Shown here: positions 7,217 to 16,878 of the stretch, one piece after another
Layout: every line of letters starts with the position of its first letter
Position numbering within the stretch: position 1 is the stretch's first letter
Virus record (IMG/VR): IMGVR_UViG_3300017913_002402
Coordinates: 1 to 30,330 of that record
Direction: 5' to 3' (one strand)
Length of the DNA: 30,330 nt
DNA from: a virus
Taxonomy: Duplodnaviria; Caudoviricetes
Notes under the pieces: generated by a model
Seen by the model: the letters and a program-made list of their open reading frames with translations, nothing else
Told to the model about the DNA's origin: nothing
Databases searched by the model: none
Program-made: the position numbers and the translations under genes

Positions 7217-9229
7217 TTATGTCAACTGTCCAACGATCTCGTCGAATTCGACACCAGATCTTGTTGCAACAAATGTAAGTTCGATTGTATTAATTGAACG
7301 GGCAGGTTTAATAAAGATACTCGCCTTGAACATGTTTGAGTCAATGACTTGTGGTGTGTTTACAGTTTCATCTGAAACCACACGGAAGTCGATGATACCA
7401 CGTCTACCTTGAATCTCACGCAAGAATGGTTCTACAATATTGCGGAACTGTGTTTGCGTAAACTCATCATTAAGTTCAAACAAGAACGATTGAGCTGCAG
7501 TTGCAATTGCTTTCTCGACTGCGATAAACAATCTGCGAACATTGATACGATCAAATGCACTTGCAAAACCTTGTCCAGTTTTATCACCGAACAACAGAAT
7601 ACCCTGACCTACTTGTGAAATAACTGGGTTCACATCTGAACTGTACAGTTGATCTCGTTGTGCTTTGTTAGGGTTGAATGCAAGTTTGATAACGTTCTTG
7701 ATTACACCCTTACGATAACCTGCTGGAGACTCGAATGGTTGAACACGTGCACACAGACCTGCCATGTCACCGTTCAATGGAGTCCAACGATATAAGTCAT
7801 TGTATTTGTCATAACGATATTTATAACCAGAATCCAAAACCATATAAGAACTTGCAGTAAGTTTGTTTCTGAAGTCAATAACGTTAGTTAGTTTCGCATT
7901 TGTTTTCAGTTCGTCTACCACTGCTTCTTTGGATGGTGAAACGAATGCAACACAGTCTTTACGATCTTCTGCAATGTTAGAGATGATGTAGTTAGCAATC
8001 TGACCACCATCATCACTCTTACCTGTAAGAACGAATGAGATATCAATTTCGTTACCGTTTGCAAAGTTGTCGTATGCAAGTGCAGTTGGACCAAATGATG
8101 TAGAACCTTCTGCAGTACCATCTGCACCATCTTCTAGTGTTTCGTACTTAGAAGTAGCGGCAAGAAACGCTGCAGTGTTTGCAACATTTACCCAAGAACT
8201 TAGATTCTCAATTACTGTTTCGTAGTAATTTGTTCTACCGTCTGAAGTAGTTGCACCTTCAGTTGTTGAAATATCCTCAAACTTTTCTAGTACAGTTCCC
8301 TTTGTTCCAGTGATATCACCACCACGGTCAATGACTGCAATGTGATAGTTGTTTGTCGCTGGTTTCTTACCGAAGATACCTGCATGTTTCCATTTCTGTT
8401 TAATAGAAAGTTTATTCAGTGCAGTTTCTGCCAGTGTGAATTTGGTCTCAAATGTCATGTCATATTCATATGCACCGATTAGTGCAGTGTTTGACGCATC
8501 TTCACCAGTCAAGATCGAACCGTTTGAACCAAGTACTGTTTCTGTGATATCAGATACGATCAAACTTTGATAACCGACTGAGTCGTTACCGATTGTAATC
8601 TGATCACCATCTGAAATTGCAGTGACTCTATTTCCTTGTGCAACTTGGAAATTTGTTGTGGTACTTGCAAACGCAACGTTCTGAGTTACTGCGCCTTCTA
8701 CGCCATAAATCAGTGTTTGGTTTGGAATATCGCCCACATCTAGTACGTCTGCTTCAAATGCATCACCTTTGACATATGCAACATCAATGTTATTACCTAG
8801 TACACCGTCATATTTTGCTTCGAATGCGCCATATTCCGAGTTTGCAGTATCCACTGTACCGATTGAGCCTGGTGTTACACCTTCTACATATCCATTTGCA
8901 GATGTGTTCGCATATGCGGTATCTGCAGTAAATAGTACGATGTCATCACCTGTCGCCTTTGCGGAACCAGTAGTATCTGCACGACGAACATATAGTGCGT
9001 TTGAATATGCAAGATAGTCCGCTGCAGTGAACCATGTCTCATAATTTGAGTCAGTTGGTTTACCAAAACGATCCACAAGTTGATTTTCAGACGTAATAAG
9101 AATTGTTTCGTCGGTTGGACCCCAACCAAATACTCCCGCAATTGCAGCAGGAGGTGTTGCAATGGCTGGAACGACTTGGCTTGCGTCTACTTCACGAACT
9201 ATTACGGAAGGACTTACGGAAAAAGCCAT
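7217..9229 (-). CDS. gp18: Tail sheath protein gp18
   Basis: Motifs SPSVIVREVD, WGP, DSGYKYRYDKYND, SPAGY, GDKT, FDRINVRRLF and FELNDEFT. Confidence 0.97.
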   Translation of the reverse strand: MAFSVSPSVIVREVDASQVVPAIATPPAAIAGVFGWGPTDETILITSENQLVDRFGKPTDSNYETWFTAADYLAYSNALYVRRADTTGSAKATGDDIVLFTADTAYANTSANGYVEGVTPGSIGTVDTANSEYGAFEAKYDGVLGNNIDVAYVKGDAFEADVLDVGDIPNQTLIYGVEGAVTQNVAFASTTTNFQVAQGNRVTAISDGDQITIGNDSVGYQSLIVSDITETVLGSNGSILTGEDASNTALIGAYEYDMTFETKFTLAETALNKLSIKQKWKHAGIFGKKPATNNYHIAVIDRGGDITGTKGTVLEKFEDISTTEGATTSDGRTNYYETVIENLSSWVNVANTAAFLAATSKYETLEDGADGTAEGSTSFGPTALAYDNFANGNEIDISFVLTGKSDDGGQIANYIISNIAEDRKDCVAFVSPSKEAVVDELKTNAKLTNVIDFRNKLTASSYMVLDSGYKYRYDKYNDLYRWTPLNGDMAGLCARVQPFESPAGYRKGVIKNVIKLAFNPNKAQRDQLYSSDVNPVISQVGQGILLFGDKTGQGFASAFDRINVRRLFIAVEKAIATAAQSFLFELNDEFTQTQFRNIVEPFLREIQGRRGIIDFRVVSDETVNTPQVIDSNMFKASIFIKPARSINTIELTFVATRSGVEFDEIVGQLT
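7818..7825 (-). promoter_or_regulatory. Possible internal late promoter in gp18, serving gp19 and gp20
   Basis: Exact TATAAATA formed by the Y-K-Y codons, about 600 nt upstream of gp19. It may be a by-product of the coding sequence. Confidence 0.4.
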
Positions 9230-9280
9230 ATTTTTCTCCTTTGTATAAATTTATTTTTTATCAGTTCATATCACTGTTTT

Positions 9281-9288
9281 TATTTATA
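9281..9288 (-). promoter_or_regulatory. T4-type late promoter for gp18
   Basis: Intergenic TATAAATA between gp17 and gp18. Confidence 0.85.
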
Positions 9289-9299
9289 AAAACAAAAGT

Positions 9300-10928
9300 T
9301 TAAAATATCCAGTCCTCGTCACGCTTCACAGGTTGGAATCCACCTTGGGGTAGATCCTCACCTACATCGATGAACCCAAAGGGCAATAAATCTTCTTCAA
9401 TTTGTTCATCTGTCTTCTCCCTCAACATCATCATCGTGTTGATATCAGTCATATCTTTGAAATACATCTGATCTGTCAACCACGAGAAAATTACCAAATT
9501 CATTACTAAATCATCATGTGAACCAGATTCCGCCTCGTAAGAGTTACCTTTTTTGGAAAACCGTGATAATTCCTGAATTGTATTAAAATCTTGTAAAATC
9601 AGTTGGTTCTGTTCTACCAACATTTTCAAAATAGAACATCCAACAGATTTTACACTCTTCGTTGTTCTTATGCCATTGTCAACGTTTTTGCCGAATCCTG
9701 CCGAAATCCTCTTTCCCATCCGACCTGCGTTTTCTGTATACAGAATGTTTTCATATCCATAATCCATAAGTAACACATCCGAAACTTGTTCACCGATATC
9801 GTTGATTTCTACCAGTACTGCAGCTTCGTGATACAACATTCCTACTCTATATATAATTGATGCAAAATCAACTGGGCCTACCATATTGTCTCTGAACGTG
9901 CAGACTTGTTTATATGGCATCTCAGTGATATCAATTATTGTAAACGTTGAATAGTCCAACCCCTTACCACGAGAAACGTCGACTGTCATCACATAAGTGC
10001 GATCTCTTTCGGGTTTCTCATATTGGAAAAGGTTGTCTTGTTCTGCAATCGGACGTGAAGGTGCAAGTTCTTTCAGTTTTGCACCATTGACCAATGTACC
10101 AGAACTTCCCAGAAACTCACAACAGTATTCTTGTCTGAACTTCTGTTCATCATAATCAAGTGCAGCCAAGGTTTCTTGGTGCCACTTCTCATCTCTGCCA
10201 GGCACGTCATTCCACATTACCTTGACAAATTCGTATCCGTTTGATCCTTCTTCTGCACCCTTACAGGTTTTCCAAAAGTGATTCAAACCATTTGGTGTCG
10301 ATGTCATTAATAGTTTTGTAGAGTCACCAGATGAAATTGTAGGATAAACAGATGCGAAGAACTCATCGTATCCTTCAATAAATGCAACCTCATCCAAGTA
10401 CAGGAAGTTAACTGACTTACCACGAATTGCACTAGACGATGTCGTACCCGCAAGGATCTGACATCCATTCTCTAATGCAATGTTACCTTTGTTCCATTCT
10501 TCAACGCCCTGTTGCATCCATTTAGGTAATGCTTCATATGCGAGTTTGACTCTCGACATAACTTCTCGTGCTGCATCTCCCTTGTTTGCAAGAATTGCAA
10601 CCGTCTTGAATTCGTTGAATAGAATGTAGTGAAGAATAACTGCAGTTGCAGTTGTTGTTTTACCAGACTGTCGTGCAGTCAAAACTGCGACACGTCTATT
10701 GTCTGTTATCTTTTTAGTGATCTCTTCTTGGTAATCATACATCTCAAATGGGACGAGTCCCTTGTCTACGTGTACGATTTTAATATAATTCTTTGCAAAG
10801 TAAATAGGATCTTGTGCACACTTCATAAACTCTTTGAGCATGTCCTGTGTGTATTCTATTTGTTCTCCAACCCTTTTAAGGTTGTTATTCCCAAGATATC
10901 CCCTAGTTAGTGGATCAAGTATTGCCAT
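9300..10928 (-). CDS. gp17: Terminase large subunit gp17
   Basis: Walker A RQSGKT, Walker B LYLDE, TSTPNG coupling motif, nuclease motifs DVSRG and HDDLV. The start is placed at ATG 10928 (the track extends to GTG 10937). Confidence 0.97.
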   Translation of the reverse strand: MAILDPLTRGYLGNNNLKRVGEQIEYTQDMLKEFMKCAQDPIYFAKNYIKIVHVDKGLVPFEMYDYQEEITKKITDNRRVAVLTARQSGKTTTATAVILHYILFNEFKTVAILANKGDAAREVMSRVKLAYEALPKWMQQGVEEWNKGNIALENGCQILAGTTSSSAIRGKSVNFLYLDEVAFIEGYDEFFASVYPTISSGDSTKLLMTSTPNGLNHFWKTCKGAEEGSNGYEFVKVMWNDVPGRDEKWHQETLAALDYDEQKFRQEYCCEFLGSSGTLVNGAKLKELAPSRPIAEQDNLFQYEKPERDRTYVMTVDVSRGKGLDYSTFTIIDITEMPYKQVCTFRDNMVGPVDFASIIYRVGMLYHEAAVLVEINDIGEQVSDVLLMDYGYENILYTENAGRMGKRISAGFGKNVDNGIRTTKSVKSVGCSILKMLVEQNQLILQDFNTIQELSRFSKKGNSYEAESGSHDDLVMNLVIFSWLTDQMYFKDMTDINTMMMLREKTDEQIEEDLLPFGFIDVGEDLPQGGFQPVKRDEDWIF

Positions 10929-11508
10929 TATCCTCACCCTTCAACATACTTAATAAGTCTGCAGTAGAGACGATTAGGTTATTGTTCGTCACATTCTTTT
11001 CTGGTTTACCGAATGCATCTTCGTCTTTAACCATTTTCTTTTTAGAAGAAATTTCTACATACTCTTTGTTTGCATCTAGGAGTGTCTTCATGAGTGTCGA
11101 AACCACCTCGAATGCACGAGGTGATTCCGATTGTTTTGCGATCTCAACCATTTCTCTCACTGCATCGTCACCTAAATTAATGATATTTGCAACATTAGAT
11201 CTGGCTAATTCAAGGTCCGCTAAGTTTTCATCATTATTTGTTGTGGCAAGTTCTCGTACCTCTCCTTCAACAACTTGCAGATCGTTCGTCTGCGTCTGCG
11301 ATCTTTCTGTTTGCGAAGTTTTCTCCAATTCAGGTTTCGCCAATAACCCTTCGTTCGTTTGTCTATCCTCGTCAGTTTGACTTTGTTCTCCACCAGATCC
11401 GAATCCTCGTAAAGATCCAACATCTTGAGGTGATTCTGTAATGCCTTCTGCTTGAGTTTCTGCAAGTGAGCGTACCCCCATTGATTGTGAAATTTTATCG
11501 TCTATCAT
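10915..11508 (-). CDS. gp16: Terminase small subunit gp16 with a long polar N-terminal region
   Basis: Motifs DLELARSN, SESPRAFEV and NVTNNNLIVSTADLL. The start at ATG 11508 has a GAGGT Shine-Dalgarno and an ATGA overlap with the gp15 stop. Confidence 0.9.
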   Translation of the reverse strand: MIDDKISQSMGVRSLAETQAEGITESPQDVGSLRGFGSGGEQSQTDEDRQTNEGLLAKPELEKTSQTERSQTQTNDLQVVEGEVRELATTNNDENLADLELARSNVANIINLGDDAVREMVEIAKQSESPRAFEVVSTLMKTLLDANKEYVEISSKKKMVKDEDAFGKPEKNVTNNNLIVSTADLLSMLKGEDNGNT

Positions 11509-12326
11509 TCTGTATTCACCTCTACAATATTGATGACGCCCCAATCGTCGTCAAACTCAATTTGTCCAAATGGTATAGTTTCATCAACGTCAGTAGTTGG
11601 TTGACCGTTTGCGGTCAAGCCAGGTTGTGAAGTGAATCTAGATTCATACACTTCGTCAATATCGGCGGTTGGACTGGTATTTTGTGATACCTTAACATCA
11701 ACGAACTTGATGACAGGCTTAGATCTATTTGGTCCGAAGTACCACGCTTTCATAGTAAAACTTAAAGTATAAAGAACGCTTTGTCTTTCGGTAAAGTCTC
11801 CTTCATACACTTCTTCTGTTGTTACACTATTTAACACCAGAGGAATATCTATAGGTTCAAGATCATCAATCAACTTAACAGTTGATGTGAAGTCTGGGTT
11901 GAAAAAAGGAACGATTTGTTCCATAATTTTTGCTGCATCTTCTGAGTACTTAGTCATAATGTACAGAGAGAACTCTAAATTATATGGAACACCTGCATAA
12001 ACAAACCCACGACCTGTCGCACCATCTGCGATTGTCTTCTTTCTTACCTTCATCGTAGGATTGATTTTGCGTTCGCCATCATATGTCATACTATTCAACT
12101 CGAATGACATTCGAGGTAATGTAATTGCAGTGGGACGATCTAGGGTAGGATCTTGTGTCACACGTGCAAGAATCTTTTGGAAAGGCGCATAGGAAATCGG
12201 AACAATCATTTCCTGTTCTGTATTAGAGTCGATTGTTCTTTTTATTTTAAGTTGATTGAAGTACGTCCCAAAAATCGCAACATACTTTCTAGTTGTTTCG
12301 TTATAAAAATAATTTGCGATAGCCAT
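11505..12326 (-). CDS. gp15: Tail sheath stabilizer/terminator gp15
   Basis: Motifs YFYNETTRKYV..FG, VPISYAP, TLPRMSFE, VPYN and EQIVPFFNP. Confidence 0.95.
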   Translation of the reverse strand: MAIANYFYNETTRKYVAIFGTYFNQLKIKRTIDSNTEQEMIVPISYAPFQKILARVTQDPTLDRPTAITLPRMSFELNSMTYDGERKINPTMKVRKKTIADGATGRGFVYAGVPYNLEFSLYIMTKYSEDAAKIMEQIVPFFNPDFTSTVKLIDDLEPIDIPLVLNSVTTEEVYEGDFTERQSVLYTLSFTMKAWYFGPNRSKPVIKFVDVKVSQNTSPTADIDEVYESRFTSQPGLTANGQPTTDVDETIPFGQIEFDDDWGVINIVEVNTE

Positions 12327-13036
12327 TACGTGTTCGCCTCTTCTGGTTCATCATCGTTGAAATTGATCGTTTCACTAAACGGATCCAGTTCTGAGAAGTC
12401 GATAATGTCATCTGCGGTTTTCTCAAAGAAGAAGTTGTCTGCAATTGGGTCTGCGTTTGCAAGTGCTTCAAGGGTTTGAGTATTTGACTCACCGCCCACT
12501 GTTGTTGTATAATCTTCTAGAACGTCATCAATATGTGAGTACCCAGTTTCAATTCTCTCATTAGAGTATTCTAACAGTTCACACTTCATGTCATAGGTTT
12601 GTAGATCACCCATTTGATAGAACACACTCTCATGTTCAACGTGCATTATCTTGAAGAGTTTACCATTTAGTGGGAAGTAAATGATATCTCCCTCATTAGG
12701 GCGTTTCATTGTTGGGTTATCTTTTGTTACATATCTCTCGAATGTGCGTTTCGCTACAGTGAAGGTAACCTGATCTCTGATCTGCAAACCGAATTTAGAA
12801 AGGAAGTCACCTTCTCCCTCAAACCCCTCTACGTTCTTCACATAAGTCTCAAACTTTATCACCTGATCATACAGAGGCGTGTCGTCTTCATTCAGAATGT
12901 TGTCTACAGATCCAGACTTTCGAGGCAAGAATTCAATGTCCACGCCGTACATACGGATGGATTCAATCACCAGATCGTCTATGAGCTGTTGTTCATTGAA
13001 GTGACCGTAATTACGGAAGTAAGAATTCGTTGCCAT
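12326..13036 (-). CDS. gp14: Neck protein gp14
   Basis: Motifs EQQLIDDLVIESIRMYG, FLSKFGLQIRD, RPNEGDIIYFP and FYQMG. Confidence 0.95.
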   Translation of the reverse strand: MATNSYFRNYGHFNEQQLIDDLVIESIRMYGVDIEFLPRKSGSVDNILNEDDTPLYDQVIKFETYVKNVEGFEGEGDFLSKFGLQIRDQVTFTVAKRTFERYVTKDNPTMKRPNEGDIIYFPLNGKLFKIMHVEHESVFYQMGDLQTYDMKCELLEYSNERIETGYSHIDDVLEDYTTTVGGESNTQTLEALANADPIADNFFFEKTADDIIDFSELDPFSETINFNDDEPEEANT

Positions 13037-13039
13037 GGT

Positions 13040-13783
13040 TTAACCAATAAAGTTATATGTGAGTGGTTGAAGATTCGAAATCGCATCTTCTTCCATTTTT
13101 TCTCTCTCTGCACGTGCTTCTTGCAGGATCTGTTCACCGTTGAATGAAACCCCACCAACAAGTTGCATGTTTGTAAATTTAGTTAGATTTAATCCCCACT
13201 GTTCACGAACTAAAACGGATGCGTAGTTCTGCAACCAACGATCACCCCACACATCAGGATAATCACCTGCGTCAATTACGTCATACGCTTCGATAACAAT
13301 ATAGTCACCAACAACAAAGAGTTCTTTGGTTACATCAATATGAAGTCTGTTTACATGTTTATTATATCTGACCATTGGTTGTCCGACCAACATGTCTTGC
13401 AAAAGCTCTAGGTGTGACATTGTCATATAATAATTCGCAACGTCATAACCTGTAATGTCTTCGACGTTGTTTAGGACATATTGATATGACACATTAAATG
13501 CACCCGATCCCGCTGAGATGGATGACTTTAGATCAAATACCTTTGAAATGCCGAGAAGATTATCGGGAAGAGGGAAATATCCATTATCAATATCATCTTG
13601 TGTGATTTGATGTTTTAGATATACAAGTTGACTACCATTATAGTGATAGTCACGCCAGAAAGAAACTGCTTCGTCAACACGATCTTCGATCTGTTCATCT
13701 GAAACGTTTACTTCGATAACTGGCGCACCAATTTTTCTTAGGATGTATTCTATAAATTCTTGTCTAGTTACTGGCTGTGCCAT
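13040..13783 (-). CDS. gp13: Neck protein gp13
   Basis: Motifs LRKIGAPVIEVNV..EQIEDRVDEA and QWGLNLTKF..MQLVGGVSFNG. Confidence 0.95.
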   Translation of the reverse strand: MAQPVTRQEFIEYILRKIGAPVIEVNVSDEQIEDRVDEAVSFWRDYHYNGSQLVYLKHQITQDDIDNGYFPLPDNLLGISKVFDLKSSISAGSGAFNVSYQYVLNNVEDITGYDVANYYMTMSHLELLQDMLVGQPMVRYNKHVNRLHIDVTKELFVVGDYIVIEAYDVIDAGDYPDVWGDRWLQNYASVLVREQWGLNLTKFTNMQLVGGVSFNGEQILQEARAEREKMEEDAISNLQPLTYNFIG

Positions 13784-13820
13784 GACGTGTTCCCTGTGAA
13801 CTTTTTATTAGATTTATAGA

Positions 13821-13828
13821 TATTTATA
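13821..13828 (-). promoter_or_regulatory. T4-type late promoter for gp13-gp17
   Basis: TATAAATA directly abutting the stop codon of the upstream cassette gene. Confidence 0.85.
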
Positions 13829-14593
13829 TCATCTGCGCTCTATGTCTTCTTCAGTTAATTCGTCGCCCATCCATACTTCAATAACCTTTACAGGTTTGTG
13901 TCCAACGTTCGTCGCTTTGTGCCAAGTATTAATTGGAATATCAATACTGTCACCAGTTATATAAACACCAGATGTTTTATATCCATTTGCAAACTCTAAA
14001 TCCATTTGCAGTTCCCCATCGACGATGTGCCAATGTTCAGATCTTTGAAAGTGTCTCTGATCTGATAGAGACTTGCCTGGATCGATAGAAAGTTCTTTGA
14101 CTTTCCAATGACCATTCTGATCCAGTTCTCTGTATTTACCCCAGAGTCTTTGGGTTGTGGGTTTCTCCCACTCTTTTAAAATCCAAGACGAAGAGTTCTT
14201 TTTATCTTCCCCACCAATACCGAATTTGAAAGACAGGTTCGAAGACGCAACTTCCATTTCAGGTATGTTATCTTTATTTCGATCTCCGCCATTAGCAAAA
14301 ATAATCTCATCTTTTGTGTATTTTTCACAAAGTTCCTCCAAGAAGTTTTTACAACTGTTGTCTTCATCGTGATGAGGTTTAAAAGGTACTACTTGATCTA
14401 CTACATCTAATGATCCGATGATTGTTGCACGTTCGGTGAGGGGCATGAAATGACGCCCCTTCTTTCTTGCTAACCACTCATCACTATTTACCCCAACAAT
14501 GAGTCTGTCACCTAACAATTTTGCACTTTCAAAGTATGCAATGTGACCACTATGTAATGGATCAAATCCGCCAGACACTACAACAATTTTCAT
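13829..14593 (-). CDS. Cytidylyltransferase-like (HIGH-superfamily) domain fused to a type II mannose-6-phosphate isomerase-like cupin
   Basis: N-terminal motifs SGGFDPLHSGH, GVNSDEWL.RKKG, FANGGDR and SSS. C-terminal motifs RLWGKY, LSDQRHFQRSEHWHIV and IEVW.G..L.EEDIER. Confidence 0.88.
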   Translation of the reverse strand: MKIVVVSGGFDPLHSGHIAYFESAKLLGDRLIVGVNSDEWLARKKGRHFMPLTERATIIGSLDVVDQVVPFKPHHDEDNSCKNFLEELCEKYTKDEIIFANGGDRNKDNIPEMEVASSNLSFKFGIGGEDKKNSSSWILKEWEKPTTQRLWGKYRELDQNGHWKVKELSIDPGKSLSDQRHFQRSEHWHIVDGELQMDLEFANGYKTSGVYITGDSIDIPINTWHKATNVGHKPVKVIEVWMGDELTEEDIERR

Positions 14594-15804
14594 TTAATCA
14601 TATAATCCCAGAAAAAGTTTTCTTCCCTAATTTTTCCATCCCAAATAACTGATGGAACATCATATGCGATATCTTCATGAACAAACCAATCTTCGTAAGG
14701 ACAGTTTGGTCTGAAACTTAGATTACCACATGCAAGACGATAACCGTGAGATGCAAGGATTTGTCTTGCTTCATCTCTTATCTTACTATCTAGTCGATAT
14801 GCATCATGTTCAAACTGAACAGTGTTAAATTTAAATCTATGGAATGGTATCTTTCTCAAAACTTCAATAGATGCTTCATCAATATCTATCTGCAAAAAGT
14901 CGATTGTATTTTCCATGCAGTGCATAACCAAAAGATTTTCATAATCTATGTCTAACGCATTTGTATTGATAATAGTGTTAGATCTTTTCTGGGTGAAGTC
15001 GTATGCAAGGTGTGCTTGATGTTCAATAGAAATACCTTTCCATCCAAACTTCGTTTCTAAGAGTGCAGTGTTGTTGTGAATGAACGGATCCCCCGCACCA
15101 ACCTCTAAGTAAGTGCCTTTACGTTTGCCATTCAAACATGATAGAACCCACATGTCCTGAAAATGTTTTGAAAAGTTTTTCTTGATTCCCTGAGAACCAT
15201 CAAACCTTGTTTTTAGTTTATCATGATCTTCAGGTTTGTACGGAACCGCATCTGGATACCCAACGTTGTTGAGGACACTTTCTACATATGTTTTATAATC
15301 TTCAGGATGATCTGTTCTGTAAATCAAATCAAAGAACGCACGTCTTCCAGATTCAGTACCAGAGATAGACCATATTGCAGATGCTTCTAAAAATTCTACA
15401 TCTTTCAAACCTGGCCATTTGATTCCAATATCATCTGCGTCAATGAACTGGTGCGCTAGTTTAGAATGAATTTGACAAAGTCTCCAATCAGATACTTTTT
15501 CGCCATGTTTTGCAAGAAAGTAATGCGCTTCTGGTCTAGTTGGGATGAGACCAACTGCATGTTGCAACATACCCACAACAGTATGATTACGTCCACCTTG
15601 TCTTTGATATGCAAGTGCACCATACAACATACACTTATATTGAAGTTCTACATTATCTTCTTCAAGATCGGCTGCACGAATATAAAAAGAGATCGCCGCA
15701 GCACCTTGTTCAAGTCTGTCATACTCACGTGCAAGATTATACATCTTCGTTGTATTCTTAGGATCAAATACGTGTTCGTTTAGTAGATTTTGCAGTTTAC
15801 TCAT
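14590..15804 (-). CDS. TPR-like domain fused to an FkbM-type SAM-dependent methyltransferase
   Basis: Helical N-terminal half with TPR-like segments (AAISFYIRAA, PTRPEAHYFLA). C-terminal motifs SKHFQD, GTYLEVGAG, NNTALLE..FGWKGISIE, IDFLQIDID, FEHD and YEDWF. Confidence 0.8.
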   Translation of the reverse strand: MSKLQNLLNEHVFDPKNTTKMYNLAREYDRLEQGAAAISFYIRAADLEEDNVELQYKCMLYGALAYQRQGGRNHTVVGMLQHAVGLIPTRPEAHYFLAKHGEKVSDWRLCQIHSKLAHQFIDADDIGIKWPGLKDVEFLEASAIWSISGTESGRRAFFDLIYRTDHPEDYKTYVESVLNNVGYPDAVPYKPEDHDKLKTRFDGSQGIKKNFSKHFQDMWVLSCLNGKRKGTYLEVGAGDPFIHNNTALLETKFGWKGISIEHQAHLAYDFTQKRSNTIINTNALDIDYENLLVMHCMENTIDFLQIDIDEASIEVLRKIPFHRFKFNTVQFEHDAYRLDSKIRDEARQILASHGYRLACGNLSFRPNCPYEDWFVHEDIAYDVPSVIWDGKIREENFFWDYMIK

Positions 15805-15805
15805 A

Positions 15806-16846
15806 TCACGCTCTCATTAAAAATTCTTGGAAGACATCTGTAGGTATTTCAAGGACAAACGTAGCATTATCTTGTAGTCCATAAGAAATGAATACTTTAT
15901 TATTGAAGAACATTAATCCAGTTGCAAATTCAATGTGAAATTGATTTCCTGTTACTGGATCTGTCTGTGTTCCCATGAAGTGAAACTCTTGTGTATGGTG
16001 AACGATATTCCAGTCTTTATCCCAGATGATTCCACGGTGTACGTAGTGACCATCTTTGCGACCAAACCAGTCTCTACCCAAATCAACTTCGTGAGTAATG
16101 GCAATACGTCTTTCGCCGCCGTCAACAGGATAGACCTGAGTTCCGCCACGAAGATCACGTCTCATTGGTATTTTTTTGTCTTCATCAAGTACGACTGTTT
16201 CAGTGGTTCCTTCATCAATATTGAACTTGATTACTTCTGTGGGGTTAGTCCACTTGACAAAATGATAAGGCATATCTAAAACTGGAACCCAGTTCTTTTC
16301 ACAATAAGTCTCATTAGGTGGGGGTGCAGGAATAGGATGACGTGCGATTTCTTTCCAACTACCGTCTTCTAGTTGGACGATCTCCTGCATTTCCATGCGA
16401 CCCTTCCCATGTTCATCATAACAATCACGACGAACACCACAAAGGAAAATACGATCATCCCACGAGAAGAGACGACCATCTTCTAATCCAATGAAGTTCC
16501 AAGTAGGTTCTGTATCCAATTCAGAAGTATCAATACGACCCGAACTTATAATGTTCATATTCTCATCAAGTTCACACATGATGTTGTATGTCGTAAGTGT
16601 TACGTCATTTTCTGGGTGGATGTATGCAAGTGGTCCGAACTGATGCGGAAATTTCTTGCCTTCACTATGATAAAGTGTATAGTTTACATGACGAATATTC
16701 ATCAAGATTCTTCCATTATGATTATAAATGGAAGGATTCATGATCCCTGTTTCACCAGTAAGTTCTTTGGGAAGAATTATAGGATGTAACTTTCCGCCTC
16801 TTTTCAATGCGAAAGTACACAACCCATACAGATGCATGTCGTGCAT
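15806..16846 (-). CDS. Predicted five-bladed beta-propeller glycosidase or phosphorylase (GH130/GH43-like)
   Basis: Motifs MNPSI, GLEDGRLF, CEKNWVP, LRGGT, YVHR, IEFATGL and ISYGLQD. GGAG Shine-Dalgarno at 16852-16855. Confidence 0.72.
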   Translation of the reverse strand: MHDMHLYGLCTFALKRGGKLHPIILPKELTGETGIMNPSIYNHNGRILMNIRHVNYTLYHSEGKKFPHQFGPLAYIHPENDVTLTTYNIMCELDENMNIISSGRIDTSELDTEPTWNFIGLEDGRLFSWDDRIFLCGVRRDCYDEHGKGRMEMQEIVQLEDGSWKEIARHPIPAPPPNETYCEKNWVPVLDMPYHFVKWTNPTEVIKFNIDEGTTETVVLDEDKKIPMRRDLRGGTQVYPVDGGERRIAITHEVDLGRDWFGRKDGHYVHRGIIWDKDWNIVHHTQEFHFMGTQTDPVTGNQFHIEFATGLMFFNNKVFISYGLQDNATFVLEIPTDVFQEFLMRA

Positions 16847-16878
16847 GTCAACTCCATAATTAAGTTTCAGTTGCGAAT

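Noticed and set aside
1466-10910. Many 60-134-aa antisense or shifted-frame ORFs inside gp17-gp23
   Set aside because: They overlap strongly conserved genes and are explained by codon bias (for example the K-rich 3037..3246 inside acidic gp22).
5127-10928. Introns, inteins or homing endonucleases in portal, sheath or terminase
   Set aside because: The ORFs are continuous, of ordinary length, and lack splicing or endonuclease motifs.
10910-11380. 156-aa + strand ORF opposite gp16
   Set aside because: Its Ser/Phe/Leu-rich composition is what the antisense of a Glu/Lys-rich gene produces, and no + strand promoter was seen.
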